Shown piece by piece: positions 15,819 to 19,223 of a DNA stretch of 19,223 bases. Location of the stretch: positions 17,650-36,872 of the forward strand of contig JAYEMF010000044.1 in the NCBI GenBank assembly GCA_034717975.1, written 5' to 3'. The position numbers were made by a program, and so were the translations under genes. The notes under the pieces are model-generated. The model did no database searches and was not told where the DNA came from. It saw nothing but the letters and a program-made list of their open reading frames with translations. Each line of letters opens with the position of its first letter. Position 1 is the first letter of the stretch. The DNA comes from Campylobacterota bacterium (GTDB lineage Bacteria > Campylobacterota > Campylobacteria > Campylobacterales > Sulfurimonadaceae).

Positions 15819-17690
15819 TTAGTCTGATATTCGATTGATAGGTATACTGATTATAAATTCTGCACCTTCTAAATCTTTACCTTCATACTTATATGTAGAG
15901 TTTCTGACCTCTATCTTGGAGTTTAGGTTTTCTGTAATCGTTTGGTATGTCATATATAAACCCATCCCTTTACCCTGTGACTCAAACTTAGTTGTAAAAT
16001 ATGGTTCAAAGATATTGTCTATAACATCCTCTTTTATCCCACCAGCACTATCTTTAATAGAGATTTTAACTGCATCACTATCACATCTGAGGTCAATAAA
16101 TACAAATCTCTTCTCTTCATCGATTTTATTGTCTACCATAGCATCTCTTGCATTGTTTAAGATATTTATCAATGATTCTATCAAAGCGTTTTCTTTTATA
16201 GACACCTTGCAGCTCTCTGCATTTATTATAATTTTTATATGATTTGCCTGGTATGTATCCATAATCAAAGTCTCGGCTTTTGACAGGGTCTGTTCCAAAC
16301 TAATATTTTTAACTACTTCATCTTTAGAGCTTAAAAACCTGTTAAAGTCATCTATGGTCTTTGAGAGGTATTTACACTGTTTTGAGACATTCTCAACGCA
16401 ACCTAATATCTCCTCGTCACTCAGTTTTTCCTGAAGTTCGATAGATAGCATTATATTGTTAACACTCATCGATATAGTTGATAACGGTTGCCTCCAATGA
16501 TGAGATATGTTCTTCAGTATCTCTCCGAGTGATGCTATCTTTGATTGAATCTGGATGATCTTATCTTGCTCTTTTATTTTCTCTTGTGCTTCATGCTCTT
16601 TAGTAATATCTATTACTACCCCTAGAGAGACAAGAGGTTCGTCGTTATCATCAAAAGTTATTTGGCACTCTTCTTTGACCCATTTTATTGTCCCATTATT
16701 CATTAAAAGTCTATGTTTTATAACATAGTCTTTTTTAGTTTCCAGAGAATTTGAATAAGCATCATCTACCATCTTCCTGTCATCGGGATGGATAACATCT
16801 AATAGGCGTTCATATGATGGTTGAAACTTTTTTGGATCCAAACCAAATATATTATATATCTCATCCGTCCAGTAAAGTGTATTGTTTTTCAAGTCAAACT
16901 CCCAGAGTCCAAGGTGGGCTATCCTCTGAGCAGTGTCTAGCTTCTCTTTAGAGACAGTTGTGAGATCTAGCCTTTCAGTCGTTTTGTTGAAGGTTTCGGC
17001 AAAAAAACCAAGTTCATCGTTGGTTTTGACGGGTATCCTGTATTTAAGGTTTCCTTCCCCTGCAATCCGCACCCCTTCAGTGAGCTTTTCGATAGGTGCT
17101 GTTATCCAGTTTCCAATGAAGTAGGCCAGTAGGGTTACGATAAGCAAAACCATTACAATAGAGAAAAGCAGGAGTTCTGAAAGCTCCTTTACCGACCGTT
17201 CTACCGCTCCTGTAGAAAACCCGAAGCGCAAGATGCTTCCATTGATAATCGGAACAGCGATATCCCGGATCTCGCCCCATTCACTATTTATGGTTTTTGC
17301 AAAAAGGTTTTTGCCATCATAATGCTCGTAAAGTTTCATCAACTCCAGCGGAAATCCGTCTGTAAATGTATGGGCCAGAACTTCCTGATTGGATTTGAGG
17401 ATGAAACAATATTTAAGATCCTGGTTTTGACGAAGCAGATCCTGAAGCTCCATGCGTAGCAATAGCTGGTCTTCTGTAATAATAGCATCTGTCTGGCTGT
17501 CGGCGATGTAGTGGGCAATAAGCTCCTCTTTAGCTTGAAGCTCTCCTGCCATCTGAGAGGAGACGGAAGTGAGGATTGTTGGAGTCATAACGACACCAAT
17601 CAACAACGTAAATAATGTAAGAAGAAGAAGTATTTTTGTCCGAAGGGAACTTAGTATATGAAAGCTCTTTATTTTTGACTTGTAATTCAC
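15819..17690 (-). CDS. Sensor histidine kinase (TM-periplasmic-TM-HAMP-PAS-HisKA-HATPase)
   Basis: HAMP (PIEKL...DELGFFAETFN), PAS (AHLGLWEFD, IHPDDR, KWV), H-box NISHHWRQPL, N-box NILNNARDA, DSAGGI, FEPYFTTK, GKGMGLYM. GTG start overlaps the upstream stop. Confidence 0.93.
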   Translation of the reverse strand: MNYKSKIKSFHILSSLRTKILLLLTLFTLLIGVVMTPTILTSVSSQMAGELQAKEELIAHYIADSQTDAIITEDQLLLRMELQDLLRQNQDLKYCFILKSNQEVLAHTFTDGFPLELMKLYEHYDGKNLFAKTINSEWGEIRDIAVPIINGSILRFGFSTGAVERSVKELSELLLFSIVMVLLIVTLLAYFIGNWITAPIEKLTEGVRIAGEGNLKYRIPVKTNDELGFFAETFNKTTERLDLTTVSKEKLDTAQRIAHLGLWEFDLKNNTLYWTDEIYNIFGLDPKKFQPSYERLLDVIHPDDRKMVDDAYSNSLETKKDYVIKHRLLMNNGTIKWVKEECQITFDDNDEPLVSLGVVIDITKEHEAQEKIKEQDKIIQIQSKIASLGEILKNISHHWRQPLSTISMSVNNIMLSIELQEKLSDEEILGCVENVSKQCKYLSKTIDDFNRFLSSKDEVVKNISLEQTLSKAETLIMDTYQANHIKIIINAESCKVSIKENALIESLINILNNARDAMVDNKIDEEKRFVFIDLRCDSDAVKISIKDSAGGIKEDVIDNIFEPYFTTKFESQGKGMGLYMTYQTITENLNSKIEVRNSTYKYEGKDLEGAEFIISIPINRISD

Positions 17691-18574
17691 TGTTTCATCT
17701 CTCGGATTGTATTATAGTGGGCGTCTTCTATTTCAACGAAACGGTCGACTTTCATTTTTTCCAGTATCTCTTTGCTTTTCGGCTCCTCGTGAAGGGAGAG
17801 GAAGGTCTTTTTCAGCCGCTCTTTAACCTCCTGCTTCAGACCAGGGCGGACAACTACCGGCGGGATGCCGTATGGATCGGACCTGGCGATGATTTTGGTC
17901 TGCTTGGTAAAGATGGGATCGGTGCTGTTGGCATACTCCCAGATGAGGCTGTGTACCGATGCACCTTCTACGACTTTTTCCGCTACGGCCTGGATAGATT
18001 TGTCATGGGCGTAGGTAAAAGTCGTTTTTGAAAAGAATTTTTCTGGAGTCTGTTTCATTTGCGAGAGCATAAAGGTGGGCACCAGACGGCCTGTATTGGA
18101 ATGAGGGTCTGTAAAAGCGAAACGCTTTCCACGAAGGTCTTCCAATCGCTGAATAGGACTATCTTTGTGGGCCAAAATATAGGCATTGTAAGTGGTTTTT
18201 CCATATGCCTGTGGAATGACCAGCAACTCGAGACCAAAACGCTCGTGACCTTCCACATAGGGGCCGCTGCAGGAAAAAGCCACATCTATCTCTTTGTTTT
18301 CCAGCATCTGGTTGATTTCTGCATAACTTTTTTTATCGATTATCTCTACAGGAATACCCAGTTTCTGTCCAATAAACTGAAGAAGTTGTTCGTAATATTT
18401 AAATCCCTCTTTTGGCCTAATGATTCCACCAAGGGCTATTTTTAAAGTTGTTTCTTCCGAAGAAACTTGTTTAAGTTGACTGCGTTTTTCTAAACTAATA
18501 AATGGTCTTTCTTCTTCCTTTTCACAACCTGTGAAAACCAGTGCCAGTATGAAAATCCATAAAAAATGTCGCAT
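17687..18574 (-). CDS. PhnD-like (phosphate/phosphite/phosphonate-type) substrate-binding lipoprotein
   Basis: Lipobox VFTGC, SYAEI, DVAF, GPYV, LEDLRGKRFAFTDPHSNTG, HDKSI, IPPVVVR. ATG 18574 lies 6 nt after AGGAG. Confidence 0.9.
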   Translation of the reverse strand: MRHFLWIFILALVFTGCEKEEERPFISLEKRSQLKQVSSEETTLKIALGGIIRPKEGFKYYEQLLQFIGQKLGIPVEIIDKKSYAEINQMLENKEIDVAFSCSGPYVEGHERFGLELLVIPQAYGKTTYNAYILAHKDSPIQRLEDLRGKRFAFTDPHSNTGRLVPTFMLSQMKQTPEKFFSKTTFTYAHDKSIQAVAEKVVEGASVHSLIWEYANSTDPIFTKQTKIIARSDPYGIPPVVVRPGLKQEVKERLKKTFLSLHEEPKSKEILEKMKVDRFVEIEDAHYNTIREMKQ

Positions 18575-18633
18575 ATACAACTCCTCTTTTCTTCACTCAG
18601 TCGAAAACCCGCTTTCCACCCTCTAATATTCAA

Positions 18634-18662
18634 ATTATACATCCGGCAATAAACAATGTCAA
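18634..18662 (-). promoter_or_regulatory. Consensus sigma70 promoter of the PhnD-like/kinase operon
   Basis: TTGACA (18662-18657), 17 nt, TATAAT (18639-18634), about 60 nt upstream of the start codon. Confidence 0.75.
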
Positions 18663-18957
18663 TAGTGAGTTGCCTTTGTCAAATGCAGAGCTGATTTCAG
18701 CAAAATTTAACTCTTGCTACCATCGAAAATTCTGTGGCTTATATGGGAAAACGTTTAGAAGTACAAATTGTGTAAAGAGAGGAGAGAAAGTTAAAGTATC
18801 TGTTTTTTTCTAAAGTTGCGACCAATCTTAAAGACGAAGTTAGTGTAGCCATCGGCTGGCAATATGCAGATCATAGTAGCGTATGAAGATGGTTGTTCAC
18901 AACACTAAGATCCTGGAGATGGCACAACCAACTGTCAATCGAATTATAAAACTTTCA

Positions 18958-18976
18958 AAAGGGAAATAAGCCCTTT
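18958..18976 (-). terminator. Possible weak intrinsic terminator of the small Cys protein gene
   Basis: AAAGGG-N7-CCCTTT starting 9 nt after the stop codon, with only a short U-run. Confidence 0.3.
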
Positions 18977-18984
18977 ACTCTTTA

Positions 18985-19161
18985 TTAATCAGATTTGGGA
19001 CGTTTAGGGACAAAATAGCTGCAGTCGGTTCCGCTGCTCTGCTTGACAACCTGCGAGGGGATAAACTGTGATTTGAAACCGTAGGCTTTACAGCCATGCG
19101 GTTTGCTTTTTTCCCAGGTAACAAAATAATAAGCACATCGCCGGCAGTTGATTCGTTGCAT
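18985..19161 (-). CDS. Small 4-Cys (probable metal-binding) protein, 58 aa
   Basis: MQRINCRRCAYYFVTWE...HGCKAYGFKS...PS.VV..SSG..C..F. This is a short family I recall being loosely labelled 'uracil-DNA glycosylase', but it has no UDG motifs. Confidence 0.75.
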   Translation of the reverse strand: MQRINCRRCAYYFVTWEKSKPHGCKAYGFKSQFIPSQVVKQSSGTDCSYFVPKRPKSD

Positions 19162-19223
19162 GTGCAATTGTACAAAATAAAGGCTGATAACAACGCTTGA
19201 TGCGGTTCTGTTTTAGACAGAAT

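Noticed and set aside
124..18445. The many other antisense or out-of-frame ORFs in the track (e.g. 3568-4302, 8765-9247, 10859-11428)
   Set aside because: They overlap well-supported genes and show no recognisable motifs.
18777..18886. RBS-like GAGGAG followed by about 31 open codons on the plus strand
   Set aside because: No valid start codon at a usable spacing and no recognisable product.
18975..19223. Alternative minus-strand frame open to the window edge (72-aa ORF)
   Set aside because: It fully overlaps the better-supported 4-Cys gene and has no recognisable motif.

Overview
Bacterial chromosomal DNA, probably from a sulfur-oxidising Campylobacterota (Sulfurimonas/Sulfurovum-like). 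This is inferred from the HxWRQPL kinase H-box and gene content, not from a marker gene. From left to right: (1) a 5'-truncated ovoA (ovothiol sulfoxide synthase/methyltransferase) followed by a PatB/MalY PLP C-S lyase; (2) an unannotated 38-codon minus-strand ORF with good -10 and RBS; (3) a hypothetical-cobB-patatin operon; (4) an OmpR-type two-component pair followed by a secreted EF-hand protein and a DUF4405-like membrane protein; (5) a long coupled run of NosL-family proteins with no nosZ, a small membrane protein, a MacB/LolCDE-type ABC pair, a Cys-motif membrane protein, a DsbD_2/TauE-like protein, an HTH plus histone-H1-like protein and a YhbP-like flavoprotein; (6) on the minus strand, a PhnD-like lipoprotein with an orphan, compositionally mosaic sensor kinase, and a small 4-Cys protein. 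The strongest non-coding signal is a TTAACAC-N4-TTAACAC direct repeat at almost the same distance from the -10 box in three promoters. It ties blocks 4 and 5 into one putative autoregulated envelope metal-handling regulon. No rRNA, tRNA, CRISPR array or transposase was seen. All family assignments come from motif recognition; no searches were run.
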